64,000 nt of DNA from Tubulanus polymorphus (GCF_964204645.1 NC_134028.1:9424001-9488000); one strand, 5' to 3'; counted from the first letter of the stretch, positions 14,122 to 27,360 are shown. Notes: a model not told the origin generated them from the sequence alone. Program-made: numbers and translations.

Positions 14122-14233
14122 AGTTCATATTCAGTTTTAATTGAAATGTAAAGAAAATGAACGCGGAAGTCCGAGTAACTACTAGCGAACCTGACGGATC
14201 CTCGCCTGCCATATGTGAACTCCTCGATTGCCA
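14122..14233 (-). repeat. Interspersed repeat family A, copy 2
   Basis: ATTCAGTTTTAATTGAAATGTA...AGCGAACCTGACGGATCCTCGCCTGCCATA...CCTCGATTGCCA is the reverse complement of the 4561 and 29836 copies. Confidence 0.75.
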
Positions 14234-14377
14234 CAGATGGCTCCCTATAAATGTTTCATTATAGTATCAAAATACTTTTAAAATTACTTTTCTTAATAAA
14301 ATTACTTTTTCGGATCCATCCATTTTTCACTTACAAATTACATCACAACCAAACGCATTCGCGTGATAGGAAAAACG

Positions 14378-14459
14378 AATCGAGACTCGAACTCACAACC
14401 TGGCGAGTTGTGAGTTCATTTCCTATTGACATAGGCCTCACACCCGACCATTAGAATCA
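14378..14459 (-). mobile_element. Degenerate tRNA-derived SINE head
   Basis: The minus strand shows an A-box-like TGATTCTAATGG and a B-box-like GAGTTCGAGTC; no full cloverleaf. Confidence 0.3.
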
Positions 14460-15470
14460 TTACGCAAGATAAACTGTGATTGTAGTCTCGACAATATTAT
14501 CTGTAACGTCATTTCAACCATATTCACATGAATTCAATCGAAAGACAAAATCGATTGGTTTGATTACAGCCTGAATATGAATCCAGCATTGATATCGCAC
14601 TACAGTTATAAGCACACCAAGCGGGTCATCGCTTTTAAGCGGAATCCTCCACAGAACTCCGCGTCAGTTGACATAAAACTGGCCAACACTAAACTATGGA
14701 GATGTTATCGTGAGATATGGAGATATCACCTTTTACTGTCTGATTCAATTTACTGGTGTTGGAGTTCGTCCTGCTATAGACACAATGATTAATTCCGGTA
14801 TCAGCCCTTAGAGAGCTTTATGTTGCTAAATAATTCATACTGATTACCTGTGTATACAAGATGCAGGTGGAACACCTTTCCAGTGAAATCATGTGCGTAG
14901 AATTAATAGACGTTGCTATCTCAGTACGCGGCAACTTCGTATTTACTGTCTAGAATAAAAAAGTATTATTATTGCAATATACTTTGAGCATTATGTTTGT
15001 CACTCAAACTTTATGCGTACTGTACTATAGCACTTAACAGAAACTACAGAATCAACAAATGATACGATATCAATGACTCTTTTTCTTTTAGCACAAATTC
15101 AAATAATGGCTTTTCTAGATTTTTTCTAGATTCATAGATTTATGACATACATGGCATATATCTATGAGGTCACACTGCAAATAGTTAGATTACCCCTTCA
15201 TCAGTTGAAGACGGATATTAAAGGCTTTCCTAAAAGTAGAAAGATTGTATGATTTACTAGTACTGGAAATTAAGTTTTCTTTTTGTTTAGATTTGTCCAG
15301 TAAGTTCTTGGTATATATATATAACTTAGTCTTAAGCCAGAGTATGCAGGACATATTTCTTTATGCCTTCCCAAATACTAATTACTTACTTACTTACTCA
15401 CTCACTAATTTACTCAATGAACTTGTTCTCCTGTGTATATATATACCCTCCGTTTTTTTGTCATAATCTC

Positions 15471-15512
15471 ACACCTGACGATGATCTCTAGGGTGAGATC
15501 GAAACGTCGTGT
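15471..15512 (+). ncRNA. Minimal type I hammerhead ribozyme motif (Penelope-like element type)
   Basis: ACAC-CUGACGA-U-GAUCUC(UAGGGU)GAGAUC-GAAA-CG-UC-GUGU: intact catalytic core, 6-bp stem II, 4-bp stem I, palindromic ACGU in place of stem III, GUC cleavage triplet. Confidence 0.8.
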
Positions 15513-15600
15513 ATTCTATATTTTAGATTTCTTGAATGAATAATTTCTCGATTTTGAAATCCTTTAAATTTGTACGTACATAGGGGGTTTTCATCGTATT
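15471..15600 (+). mobile_element. Short hammerhead-bearing repeat (family H1), probable Penelope-like pLTR fragment
   Basis: Hammerhead followed by an AT-rich tail that aligns with 17048-17197 (-) and 47166-47282 (+). Confidence 0.65.
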
Positions 15601-16810
15601 AATGACTAATAAATGGTTAACATATCAGATGTAGTAAGCAAATTAGTCTTTTCAATCGAAAAGCTTATTCATTTAAATATGGAGGTCGTAGACATTTCAA
15701 CCTTTGAATGATTATAAAACTTTCGGTCGAGGCAAGTTTTGTCACGTTCTGTCACTAGTTTTCATACTCGAGATTCGGCTAGGGGAAACAATGCCTGTGA
15801 GCCTTGTAAAAGTGAATCATCTTGCGATTTGTCAGATTCAGTTTACCACAAATCTTCCACTGTTAGCATTAATTATTTGAACCAGCTCGATGCCTTACGG
15901 GGCCCGTTAATTGGCAAAGACGCTCGCAAGTGGAACCCAAACAATACAATCACTGTTCGGTGTACGCTTGGAGAACTTCCAACCTTCGGGCTTCACAAAA
16001 ACGAGATTTCACGCTTGATTGTCACTCGTTAGTTTCCTTTTTGAGATGGAAGCTTTTATCTGTACGACAAACGTAAGCGTCGCGTGGCCAGGTGAAACCG
16101 ACGATCTATGACTAAGATGCTCGATAAATAACAATACTCAATGACAAAAGAATCCTTACAATGAAATTAATCAATAATATCGATCCGATTAAGAACAGGT
16201 AACTGTTAACGACAAGCAGATGCGGATTTGACTCAGTAGTCAAATTAAAACCTCGTAAGGTTTTCTTCTCACACGTTTCAAAAGCTTATCAAACCGTCTC
16301 AATAGATGACAGTCATTTTGCTATGTTTTATAGGGACTACCTCAGTGTATGGTTTAGACTTAACCAGATTTCTGGCTTTGCTTTAGTTTTTTTTTCACCA
16401 GTGTGAGTCAGTGTGAACTACGTCATCAATATTGGGGTTTAAAATTTGAAATAATAGTTAGGAAATTTAACCAAATACGAAATAAATGCCAATATACATA
16501 ATTGTTGTTGGAAAGAATGTTCATGTCTTTTTATGATGAATGAAATTTTTGATAATTCAATAAGTCGATGCCTGGATATTAAGCAATACATTACATTTTT
16601 CAAGGCGTCCATTAACCTTAACCAGTTTAGTTTTCTTGATTTTTATTAAGGACCCTTTGTTACGAGGACGGCATTTGAGCTTTTTTGAGAAACTAGGGTA
16701 TTTCTATTTAGGTACCGGTATTGCAGATTCTCCAAATATATCATCTCTAAACCAAATAAACTCACCAAATACACTCAAAGAAACACATTAAAAAATCAAT
16801 ATTTATTATG

Positions 16811-16948
16811 TGATTGTCGGATTGTCGATGGAAATTTCCTCGACAGTTCTTCTGAATGTCGGATTGTCGAACGAAATTTTTTCGACAATGCTTATGATTG
16901 TCGGATTGTCGAAGAAAATTGTTTCTACAATGCTTCTGATTGTCGAAG
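16811..16948. repeat. 42-bp minisatellite, about 3.3 units, with internal palindrome
   Basis: Units start at 16811, 16853, 16895 and 16937; the core is ATTGTCGA-N11-TCGACAAT, with some arm mismatches. Confidence 0.9.
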
Positions 16949-17047
16949 GAAGTTCTCCGGACATGGGACAAAAACCGCAATACGCAGTTTGTCCCTACGA
17001 CCTCGGCACTATTCAACCAGAAAACGGAGTTGAACCAATATTATTCG

Positions 17048-17197
17048 TAATAGAACGATAACCACACTCAAACGTGGTGAATAAGATAAAATCCCACTAT
17101 TTACAGATTAAAAGAATTTAAAAACCAGAATTTATTTATTCAATCTAATATATATAAAAGACACGACGTTTCGATCTCACCCTAGAGATCATCGTCA
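17048..17197 (-). mobile_element. Family H1 copy with a 5'-truncated hammerhead
   Basis: Minus strand TGACGATGATCTCTAGGGTGAGATCGAAACGTCGTGT is identical to the 15471 core but lacks C3 and the 5' arm of stem I; it is followed by AATAAA and the tail ATTCACCACGTTTGAGTGTGGTTATCGT. Confidence 0.7.
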
Positions 17198-17418
17198 AAC
17201 TTCGTTTTTGCCACCGCGCAAAAACGAACTTTTCGTTTTTGCTACCCCGCAAAAACGAAATATTATAGCGCAAAAACGAAAAAATTCGATTTTGTTCTAT
17301 GAAATTCGTTTTTGCGCCCTAGCAAAAACGAAAAGTTCGTTTTTGCTCTATAAGTTTCGTTTTTCTATAATCGAGGTCGTGTAAAAATTAGTGCATTTGG
17401 CCCTTATCAGCCACCATA
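17198..17418. mobile_element. Single end of an IS3EU-like element with subterminal repeats
   Basis: TGGCCCTTATCAGCCACCATA (17398-17418) is the exact reverse complement of the first 21 bp of the element at 34779; it is preceded by many GCAAAAACGAA / TTCGTTTTTGC motifs in both orientations. Confidence 0.7.
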
Positions 17419-17423
17419 CTTCC

Positions 17424-17650
17424 ATCATGTAGAGTCCATGATCATAGTCATCTCCAACATGAACGTCATCTCCACCTTTCTGCCATCATAACCATATCCA
17501 ACTTCTCCACCATTAATTACCACCAGCACCACCATCTCCTCCATCATGACCATCTTCATCCCCACCAACACCATCATTATTATCATTATCGTCATCTCCA
17601 CCACCATCACCATCTCCACCATCTTCATCATTTCAACTATCTCAAACGTC
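17424..17650. repeat. Low-complexity (CAT/CAC)n tract
   Basis: Degenerate CATCATCAC triplet repeats; explains the M/V-rich ORF 17425-17652. Confidence 0.85.
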
Positions 17651-19779
17651 ACTGATTCTGAGTAACTAACATGGTTTTTATGAAAAAAGAATTAATCAAA
17701 ATTATTCTATTCGGAGTTACTAATCCAAAAAGATATATTTAAAGAAATATTTCCTCCAGGAGGCTTCCGTAAAGACATGCCATTTTTATAGTTTCATGAA
17801 TTTTTCCTAGATCGTCTTGAAATAGGGAATCTGTAATTCCAAGTTTCGTGCGTTCGGTTTTCTGCCAGTTTGATAGGTACCGTAGCCCACAAACAACGAT
17901 GACTGATCATTGGGACCTTTTCTAGAATTAAAACAGCCTCCTTAGAGGCTTAAAAAATTGCAAAGCCGACCTTACGGTCGTCAGTGCGGGGTATTGGGTA
18001 TAGTTTTCAACTAGCAATAACCACGTCTCGGATTAACCTCATTGAGTATGGTATCGCCACTGCGCAGAGCTGCCCGCACCAACTAGGCGCGGATTTATAT
18101 GTTGCCATACCACTCGTAATCACGACGGTGATCGAAACCTGACTGGAATATCGTCGAATAAACATGAATATCTATGCAATAGAATAAGATTAAAATGCAA
18201 GTTTTTTCATTGTTTAATTCGATGCAAATATTAGAGCACGACTAAAATAAATTGAATATTTCAGCTGATAATGGAGTTTCAGCGACGGTCCTTTTGCGTA
18301 AAGGCGCAAGCAGGCGGCGACCTAGTAGGTTTTTATCACCGTAAAACTGTTCCTATTCTTATCGCGCGTTACATTTGGTTTTTAAGTTGCTCTGATCTTG
18401 GTTCAAAGACTAAACTTAACCCTATTGGATTGTTCTTTTAACTTTTCAAGACATGTTTAGCAGAATATCTGAAATGGGTTTCTTTTCAAAAGTTTTATTG
18501 TGTACTTTTTAACACATCTTATTTCCTAAATTAAAAGATGCCGATGCTTTAGTCCGGGGACATTTTTAGCAATAGAACATTCAGACAGGATGGAGAAATA
18601 CCCTATGCGTCTCTTCCGCCCGCAAGTGACAAATCCAAGCTCATAATTGCTCAGATTGAAGGACACAGAGGACTAACGCGGGAACTTAAGGTAGGCAAAT
18701 CTGCTCGTTGATTCTTACTAGAGCAGACTAGGTCCCGGGTGCTTCGTGAATCAGGGACTCTTCTCTGCGTGTGAACCTACGGGTAGACATACGTGACACA
18801 GGCTTACGTGTGTTTCGTGAATACGTACGTTCCCTGGCACTTTATTTTCGCAGGGAAGAGCAGTGAGCGGTCGAAAATATGCTTTTCCTATGATCGATAG
18901 AAAGTGAAAATGGTGGTCTATATCAGTACTCATTCTTCATGAAGTGGAGATCAGGACCCAGCCTCACTAAACGGATTATCTCCTTAATCGAACATAAATT
19001 GAATTAACGAAACTAAACTAAATAGATTTAGGAGTAACGCTTTTTGTAAGACTTGGCCCTTTGCCAAACTGTATAGATATAGGCTAATGCATTCTCCACT
19101 AGTCAGCGCAGTGATGCCACTCATTCTCCATACGGTTAGAGAAATAACAGTATCCAATCAGGTTCAATGAGTAGTCCAATCAGGTTTCTAATGAGTAGTA
19201 AGTCGAGCCCTCAGTTCCCGTCCACCGCAGTTTTCAGAGATTTATGGCGCTCTATCGATTGACCTGGATGGAATTATCAATCGGGTTTACGATCTTATCG
19301 GACCCGATCTTGTAAATAAAAAAACATATTTTCTACTTAGTCAATCACACTTAAGTATGCAGAATCACGTTTTTATTTAAACGTACCGACTTACCGTATG
19401 AGTATATTGATATAGATTAACTATAGTGAATTTAGTAACAGTTTATCCACACAGAGAATGGTACGGTTAAACAACTAATGAGTCAGAAAAGTTACACAAT
19501 GCCGCAGAAGCCGGAAAAATTAGTGAACCGTTCTGAAACTATGGAGGCGCGCCTGTGGTGTTTAAGCTGCTGAGGAGAAGGGGAATCCTCATAAACCCCA
19601 CATACCAAACTCAATATGTCATACATCTTACTAATTACCTTCATTTCTCTAAGCGGTTGAATAATTGCCGACGGAAATGGGCGCACTCTGTGCAGGATGA
19701 CTCAGCTAAAAGAAGCCTCCCCAATGCCCTGTTCGCAGCTTTCCGTTTCCAGCAGCATGCGACTAGACGCTCGCTTTTG

Positions 19780-19920
19780 TATTCGATGTATCATTTTTCG
19801 CCGCCCAGTAGAGAATGCCCTAACCGCTACGAAATCCGAGCGCTGATTGGTCCGCGCCTAACCATCGCGGACGACGTGAAAAAAAATGATCACGTGATCG
19901 ACACAACGGTCGATCTGATG
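19780..19920. promoter_or_regulatory. Candidate TATA-less promoter
   Basis: CpG-rich patch with GC box CCGCCC (19801), CCAAT box CTGATTGG (19843-19850) and palindromic E-box GATCACGTGATC (19888-19899); AP-1 sites at 19479, 19698 and 20008. Confidence 0.35.
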
Positions 19921-20561
19921 TTTTAATTAGTATCGATATTGTTCGAGTATCTACGGTGTGTATCCCGCTATGATACAGCCCACCAATACCTGGATCCTCG
20001 AATCCTGTGAGTCACACAGAATTCGCCTTGTTATTAAGTATTAATTGTCAGATGAGACTGCCGAGAGTTGGGAGTATAGCATGCGTTAATGCAACTTGAC
20101 TTTCATAATCTGGATGAATCCTTCGATAAAATCGGCTTATTTAATCAATATCGACCAATAGTTTTTTATCTGTCCATTTTTCGAACGCGGCGCATAATCA
20201 GGTAGTCGTATGAATGGGAAGATCCGTGTATAATAAAAACTAGTGTTATTGCCCTCACGAGGAAATTTATCACGGACTTCCTTATATACGATTCGTTCAT
20301 CACGAAAAAGTCAAGCCTTGACTGTGCGTTTGTCTTGGCAATCGCAGAGTTTGAACAAGATTGCCCTTCCTGGAATTTGAATGACTGGTGTTCATAGGTA
20401 TTGCGCTTCAATAATTTCATATTCTCCTTTTTGGGCGCCAAAATTTGATTAAACCAGCTTCGTCGTATAAACTCTGGTTTGAACGTTCATGAATTTAAGC
20501 AATGTGTAAGGAATTCCCAAGTTATCAATTGCAAAATTTGATTTCCCCAGCTCGTGAAACT

Positions 20562-20802
20562 CCCTGAAATTCTCCTAAGTGGCCTCCAAAAGTCACTGTC
20601 GAAAAAATTTTATCAGGTTACGATTTTATGAAAATTTGATATAATTTTCATGATTTTTTTTGGAAAATGAAAAATGATTTATTCAGGTACCCGGGCATTT
20701 AAGATCTGCCCTTTCCAATAAGAAAGTGCCTCTTTTCACGGTGAAAAGGTGCCCTTTTTCTTGGAATAGAACTGCCTCTCCGTAAAGCTCGGCACGGGCC
20801 TG
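20562..20802 (-). mobile_element. hAT-like MITE family B, partial copy
   Basis: Reverse-complement match to 62919-63180 (TTTTCACGGTGAAAAGG, AATAGAACTGC, terminal GCACGGGCCTG). Confidence 0.65.
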
Positions 20803-22651
20803 TTCCCGTGATTCCATGTCGAAGGACTAACGCCGAAAAAGGGTGCGATTTTAACAGATTTGTTTCACGAATTTCCACATGTTTGTGTATCATATTGTAA
20901 CAAGCGATATAATCGAGTGAACGTATTCATTTCGATGTCAGACGTTCGCGAATCAATAAGCCGTATTGTGTTTTGCGTTGATTCTGTCTTCTCTCGGACG
21001 TAACAGAAAACTTCATTTCCGTATTTGATAGAATGTCTCTTTCTTCTTTGGTCCCTGGATTAATTAAACTACCAGGAAACGTACATACAGCCAATGCATT
21101 ATATACGGTGATTTCTATGTAAGTAGAGAAATGGCATGTGTAGTCCCTGTATATGGGTTTCTATAATACTCATATTCATTTATCTATTCTCTTTCGGCCA
21201 GCTACTACATTTTGTATTTTCAACATTCTTTTTTCAAGGTTCCAGTTTATACAAGCCTTGGTTTTTCTGCAATTTATTTCTGAAATAAATAAATAAATAT
21301 AATGAAACTATCATCCAAAAAAAGCTTTCCGAATGGTTTGTATTTTTCAATGAACTGCTTTTCTTCTTATTCAAAAATGTATTTGATTCTACGGTATATT
21401 CAAAAACAAAAATTTTTGTAAAAATTATAAAATGAATACATAATACTCGAATTACATCCTACTCAGTACATGTAGCATATAAAGGTTTTCGTCGATGTAC
21501 TCAATTCGTTATCTAAAGAGAAAACTTCAAGTATACACGGTTCAATTCGTTTTAAAGTTAATGGATATGGACCAATAGAGTCCTCGCAACTACGATTTTG
21601 TCGCAAGTAAACACCATATTGGACATCGAACAAAATACCTGATTCACATTTTACTACCCCCACCCCTAGCCCACTGAGAAACACGCGGGACATTGTTCAA
21701 TGTTTCTTTTTCTTCCCCCAGTAGAGACCAGTGAAGAACCTTCGACCAAAAAACTCGTGAAACTCACGAACCCATCAACCCTGTATAGACGAGACGGCTC
21801 AAACTACTACGCCTCCTTATGAGATTCACGAGACCCAGTAGTGTCTACGTCTTCATCAAGTACATTAGTGATGTTTGGTAATTTACTATTTTATATAGCT
21901 GATGTACTGAACATCAAAAGGTATAAACTGTAATTGGATAAATCTTTGGTAAAAATGCTTTTGTGGCTTCAGGTTTGATTTCTTTCGACTGACCAATAAA
22001 CAAAAGGAGTTTTCATATTCTTCTGTTAATCGCCGTGTTTTATCGTATTGTGTCTTCTTGTATTTTCTTGCAGACGCCTGACTCCCGGAGTCAAGTCCGG
22101 GCGTAATTACGTACTTACACTGCTCGTATAACGAAGTGAATTAAATACCTCGGCAGATGTAGCAATAATTGTGAATTTATTACGCAGTATGATCGAACCA
22201 ATATCACATAACGATTAGATAAACTGATAAGGGGTTTCATTGTCGACGAATAAGATGATTAGATTATTAGAGAAAGATTAGAAAAAAATGATGATCACTA
22301 TGGGGAAAAATTCATCTTATGATGATCTTATTAGACTGTAGTATTTCGAACTGAGTTACATAAAAGTATAATTAATGGGCATTGTGGACTAGATTCCTTG
22401 TAGCCAAGCAGCACAATTGCGCCAATTGCACAATCACATTTTTGTCAAAAAGTTCTCGGCAGGCACGTAGTGAATTAGAAAGGATTGAAAAGGTCACGTC
22501 AAAATGGCCTCAGATTGTACCTCGTATGGCAACTACTTTTTCATAGGGTTGGCCCTCAGACCCCTTTTCTTCACACCCAGTTTCAACGACTTCATAAAAC
22601 GTCCACTTTCATTAAATTTACGTGCCAAATGCTATGATTGAGTCGGTAAAT

Positions 22652-22763
22652 CAGGCCCGTGCCAATCTATTTGAGGTGCAGTTCTATTTAAAAAAAGGCA
22701 CTTTTCACCGTGAAAGGGGCACTTTCCTATTGAAAAGAACTCAGAAGAATGTTAGATACCCGG
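22652..22763 (+). mobile_element. hAT-like MITE family B, 5' fragment
   Basis: CAGGCCCGTGCC...GCAGTTCTATTT...CTTTTCACCGTGAAA...TTTCCTATTGAAA matches 62919-63040. Confidence 0.65.
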
Positions 22764-25269
22764 TCACGATACTCATCGATTCAAACGTAATTCTTATTTT
22801 CTAGTTTCGTGACGGGAAATTTCTATTTCATCATCGGAGAATCTAACAAAACCTAAACGCGCGCATAATAATTACACGTTAAAACAACAGTTAAACGCTA
22901 TCGCCACGCAACGCTCGAGTCGAGGGAAAAGCAACGTTCATGGTTAACTTCCCCATCCCAGTACCGCAATACTTACTGGCACTGGAGACTTTCCATATTT
23001 TCAAAATATTAAAGCTTCCGTCGTTTTGCCTCCCAACCCTTGTGGCCTCGAAACTCCACAAACTCCGAGTGTTTCATATGGTGTCTGATTCGAGCCATTG
23101 CGTAAAATTCCTGGTCTGCAAATTAAGACGCCAGAACGCCAAAACAAAAACAAAAACATTTCTATTGAAAATTCCGTTTTGGCGACTCCGCCAAAATGTA
23201 GAATGTCCCGTTTGGTGCGCCAGAATCCATAAGAAATCCGTTTTAGCGTGCGAAATCAATGATGATTCCCCGCTAAAATGGAAAATTGTTTATTTTGGCG
23301 AGCCAAGACGGCTTTTATAAGAATAATGTACCTTATTTTCATACCAGGAATTCTACATAATGGCCCGAATCACCCACCATAGTTTAAAGATATTTTTACT
23401 GGAATATCTTAATTATTTGAGCCGAATCTTAATGTAAAATTTGATTCGAAGTTAGAAGAAAAACGATCTCCGGGCTGCAGGAATAAGAGTGAATAACAAC
23501 ATAGCGACCGAGAAACGAGCTTCGCTACCCGGAACCAGACGACGATCGTCTTTTCAATATATTCTTCTGATATAATGGACGCGTTGTCTTTCCCGATGTC
23601 GGACTAATAGGTGATTTAAAAACGAGAAGTCGATGCAAGTTGATTAGGGGTGTCTTTGTTGTGTGTCTTGGGGACAACTCTCCGCTTCAATTTGTGTAAA
23701 TTGAATTACGACTGGAACAGACGTTAATTCTATCGGAGAGTCAGGTCCACTGCGATCTGCAAGTCATTTTAATTTCGATTTACGCGCTCGGTAGTTTAGA
23801 GACTTATGCCGGATAACGAAGTCAATGGTCCCTGGTGAAATGAACTATCATCGCAGTCTCAACCTCTGGACACAAAGCGCGCATGGATCGTCGCATCACG
23901 CAGAACTGACACCGCCAATATATTTTCAATAATTGAGCGTAGACGCTTCAATTTCCATGTCACGCTAAATTCTTACGACGAGACCTACTTAAGTAAACTG
24001 CCTGCGTAACATCGCGTGACCAGGATCGTAGAGACCATTTTTTGCAATGGTTCAAAAACGGTTTTTATTTCTAGCGTTGTGTAGCGAAAAGATTAATCTT
24101 TATACAAATTATATGCATGCTGACATGTTGATACGTAGTTTTCTTATCAATCAATTCCATCATTTCTATTCGGGAAAACAGCGACAGAATGAGACAAACT
24201 TGATAATTTGTTTTCTTTTTTGCGCAGAACGGATCGGTCAAACAGTTGTACTGGTCAACTCGCAACTCAATTCGAATGAATCTAAGATACATGTCTTCGA
24301 GGGAACTTCATTTTCCCACCAAACCGTCTGCCCTCGCTACTATACTTCCTAACCTATAACTTGCATCTATCCCTACACCTCAACTTTTTGGCTAGGTCAG
24401 AAATTTCGCATACTTGGTGTTGCGTATTCTTAGCCCACTTACTAGCGGTTTATGACATATCCTCCGCACTAGGTCAAACCGCATGGACGTTTGACCGCAT
24501 AGTAATTTAAGTGTAGTTTAATTAGCTGATGTGGCATTTTCTTTATACGTAACTGTCAAAATAGCTGGAGCATTTTGACCTAGTTTTCATCTAATTTCAA
24601 TACAATTATAAATAGTTATCTAGGATATTGTTGTATACGCATGTTTATGTAATAACATTTCTGTACGTCAAAAACATCTAAGGCGTTTTTTACATTTCTG
24701 ATATTTCATTATCTTTATAAAGTCAAGCAGCTGGGGCGCTTGGCCATAATCACGTAGATTAGCCTTATTTTCTTTTTGCAAAATAGAATTTTTCTGCCAT
24801 CAAAACTTTCTCTATCAAGACATAGCATTGAAACAGCCGGTGACGCAGTTATTTGAATTATCTGTCTCGCTAAATGCTGCGGATTCCACAACAAACAGGT
24901 AAAACGTGAAGGTATGTCGCAGACCTATCGTTCGATAATGACTCATTTTAAAAGCCTCTTTGCTCCGGCTATGTTTCCTCAATTTCTCGAAATTAAAAAG
25001 AAATCTCCTTACACAAACAGCAAACACACTAATTACAGGAGACATAGCAGCGCAGTCTTAAGTAACAAGTTTGCAGGTATGAGTCAAACAGTGACATTCA
25101 CAGACTTTATGTTACGCGTATCTAGCTAATGCTAACGGTGTTCATCATTGTTTGTGTGACAAAGATAAGTTTAGGCTTGGGAAGAAGATTTCTCAGAGTA
25201 CGTATCTTACCTATACGTGCCGTCCTATCATATAAGTAAGATATATTTATTTCATTTATACATCTAAAC

Positions 25270-25798
25270 ATACATGTAATTATTTACACTATTTCTTACG
25301 AGAAATTCATCACTATATTCATTCCTAATGGTGATCTTTCATTTCCTTCTTTCATTTCTACCATCATTACCTCAAGTAACCGTTTTTTAAATGCACCTAT
25401 TACCCATGATCTTGTTAGTAATTGTGCTTTTTAAAACTATTCCAATATTTCTCTATCATTGTCATAATTATGTAGTAGACATTAAAAATAGCAGTCTAAT
25501 CTATAACAGAAAATATATTATTATTATCATTATTATCATTATTAAGTAACTGAGATAATTTCTCAACTTAACTTCTCTATTTTGATGCTATCATGGTCAC
25601 TGCTAGACCGCTGTCTCTCCTACTGCTTTTTCACTCTAAAATGTGTATCTATTTACTTAGGGGCTAGACTTAGACAATCCATATGATGTTTTGAACCCCT
25701 GACGCGCTCATAATGTATGTACTTGGTGTTTGTAATGTAATGAAATTTGTATTTAATCGATGAATTCTAATATACTAAACTAAACTAAAACTAAACTA
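25270..25798 (+). mobile_element. Decayed LINE 3' end with (CTAAA)n tail
   Basis: AT-rich 3'UTR-like sequence with AGGGG...CCCCT stem ends, terminating in CTAAACTAAACTAAAACTAAACTA (25775-25798), the same tail unit as the LINE at 50933; the 5' boundary is uncertain. Confidence 0.45.
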
Positions 25799-27047
25799 CA
25801 CTTTCAAAGCAATATCTTGCAAATATTTCACTTGGAGAATCGCCGCAGTACAGAGGGGCAACAAAAGCGTATTTCGCCCGATTCAGTCGATTTTGAAAAT
25901 TGCACGAAATATTCGCAATAATCACGCCCAACAGATATCGTCGAGCGAACCACCACATTCTCTATCAACAAATCGGAGGTATCGTCGCGACTCGCCATTT
26001 TGTACGCGTCACGTGATCTACTTCTTGTTGCTCAGTGGCGCACACCATTCAGACGATTATCACGTGCGCCCAGACTTATCAATTCCAAGCACAGAAAAAT
26101 ATGTTCGTGTACCCTTAGCCAGTATATATCATTGCTGTGGTTTACAATAAGAGCAAAAATAGAAAACTATCTAAAAATGTTTCATTGTATTCTAAATTCA
26201 CTGCTCCTTATTGGATGTATTAGTTTATTGACTTTTTTTGTATTTTTCCTGGTGTTTTTAGGCTGCGATATAATATCTACTTAAATTGATTTCTTAGTGT
26301 CCCATTTCCGTGTTTCCCCGCTTGTGTGCGTTGAGCTTAGTGCAAAGATGATTTTATGTTGAGCTGATATCATCCTTATTTCTCCTCGATGCCCGTACAC
26401 TAATGTTCATATCAACGCATTGATTCTTAATGATTCAACAACGAACAACGAGTGAGTGTTGTCGAATGCAACTTTAATGTCTGTTCAAACTATTTTCTTT
26501 TTTCAATTCTATTTTAACGATTGCCGGCAGTCCCAAAGGCGTCCGGGGACAAAGCAATTCAACGGGCATTGTCATATATATTTCAAACTACCCCCACCGA
26601 TGGGGAATAGATTGATAACCTTTGATGACAAGTCCCCTAGCGAGGCCATCAAGTATTCTTTAATCACACTAAAAGCGTGTCTCAATCCGCTCATAAAATG
26701 TCACTAGTCGCCGTCACAAATGACCAGACTGTCGTTTGTCGCGCTATCGACGTCTCTGATCTCAGTTACCGCTATACCCATTGTGTTCATATCTTGCGAG
26801 ACCAGCTTCCAGCTTTTTCTAATCTCCCACAATTAAGCGGGAGTCAGTCCGGGGGACTTCTATGCAATTATTTCAGCATATATACGCCGACATCACCCCT
26901 GAGTCAACGGGGCCATTGTTGCTCGGACGCTAGGCGCATCGGTGTCGTAGAGTTAATTGAATTTGTGTATCCATTTCTTATCAAAACTCACCTTCATAAA
27001 AAAAACTGCTGAGTCAGTGGGCGCTGTATATACTACTACACGATATA

Positions 27048-27360
27048 ATCCGCGATCACACGAGCGTTTTGACGCGGGCCAAGTTGGCTCGGCCAAGTTC
27101 GGCCCATTCACGCGGGTACCAGGTGCCAAATGGACGGGCATTGTCTGTTTGGCCCGGGTCAGACTCTAGCCAAAATTAAGCACGGTGAAATTTTTGCGTG
27201 TGAATTGTGAACTGCTTCTGGAGGTGCTCCAGTTCGTTTTGTGGATTAGAATATCGCACTGTTTAGTAACGAGTGAGCGGTTTGCGTGTGAATGCGCTTG
27301 GCTCGGGTCTGATCCGTGTCAATTTTGCCCGGGCCAAATCGTCTCCATGTGATTGCGACT
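27048..27360 (-). mobile_element. MITE family C, copy 1 (GGCCC/GGGCC-rich)
   Basis: TIR CCGCGATCACACG ... CATGTGATTGCGACT; internal TTGGCCCG/CGGGCCAA repeats; homologous to the 31660 and 50251 copies in the opposite orientation. Confidence 0.8.
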
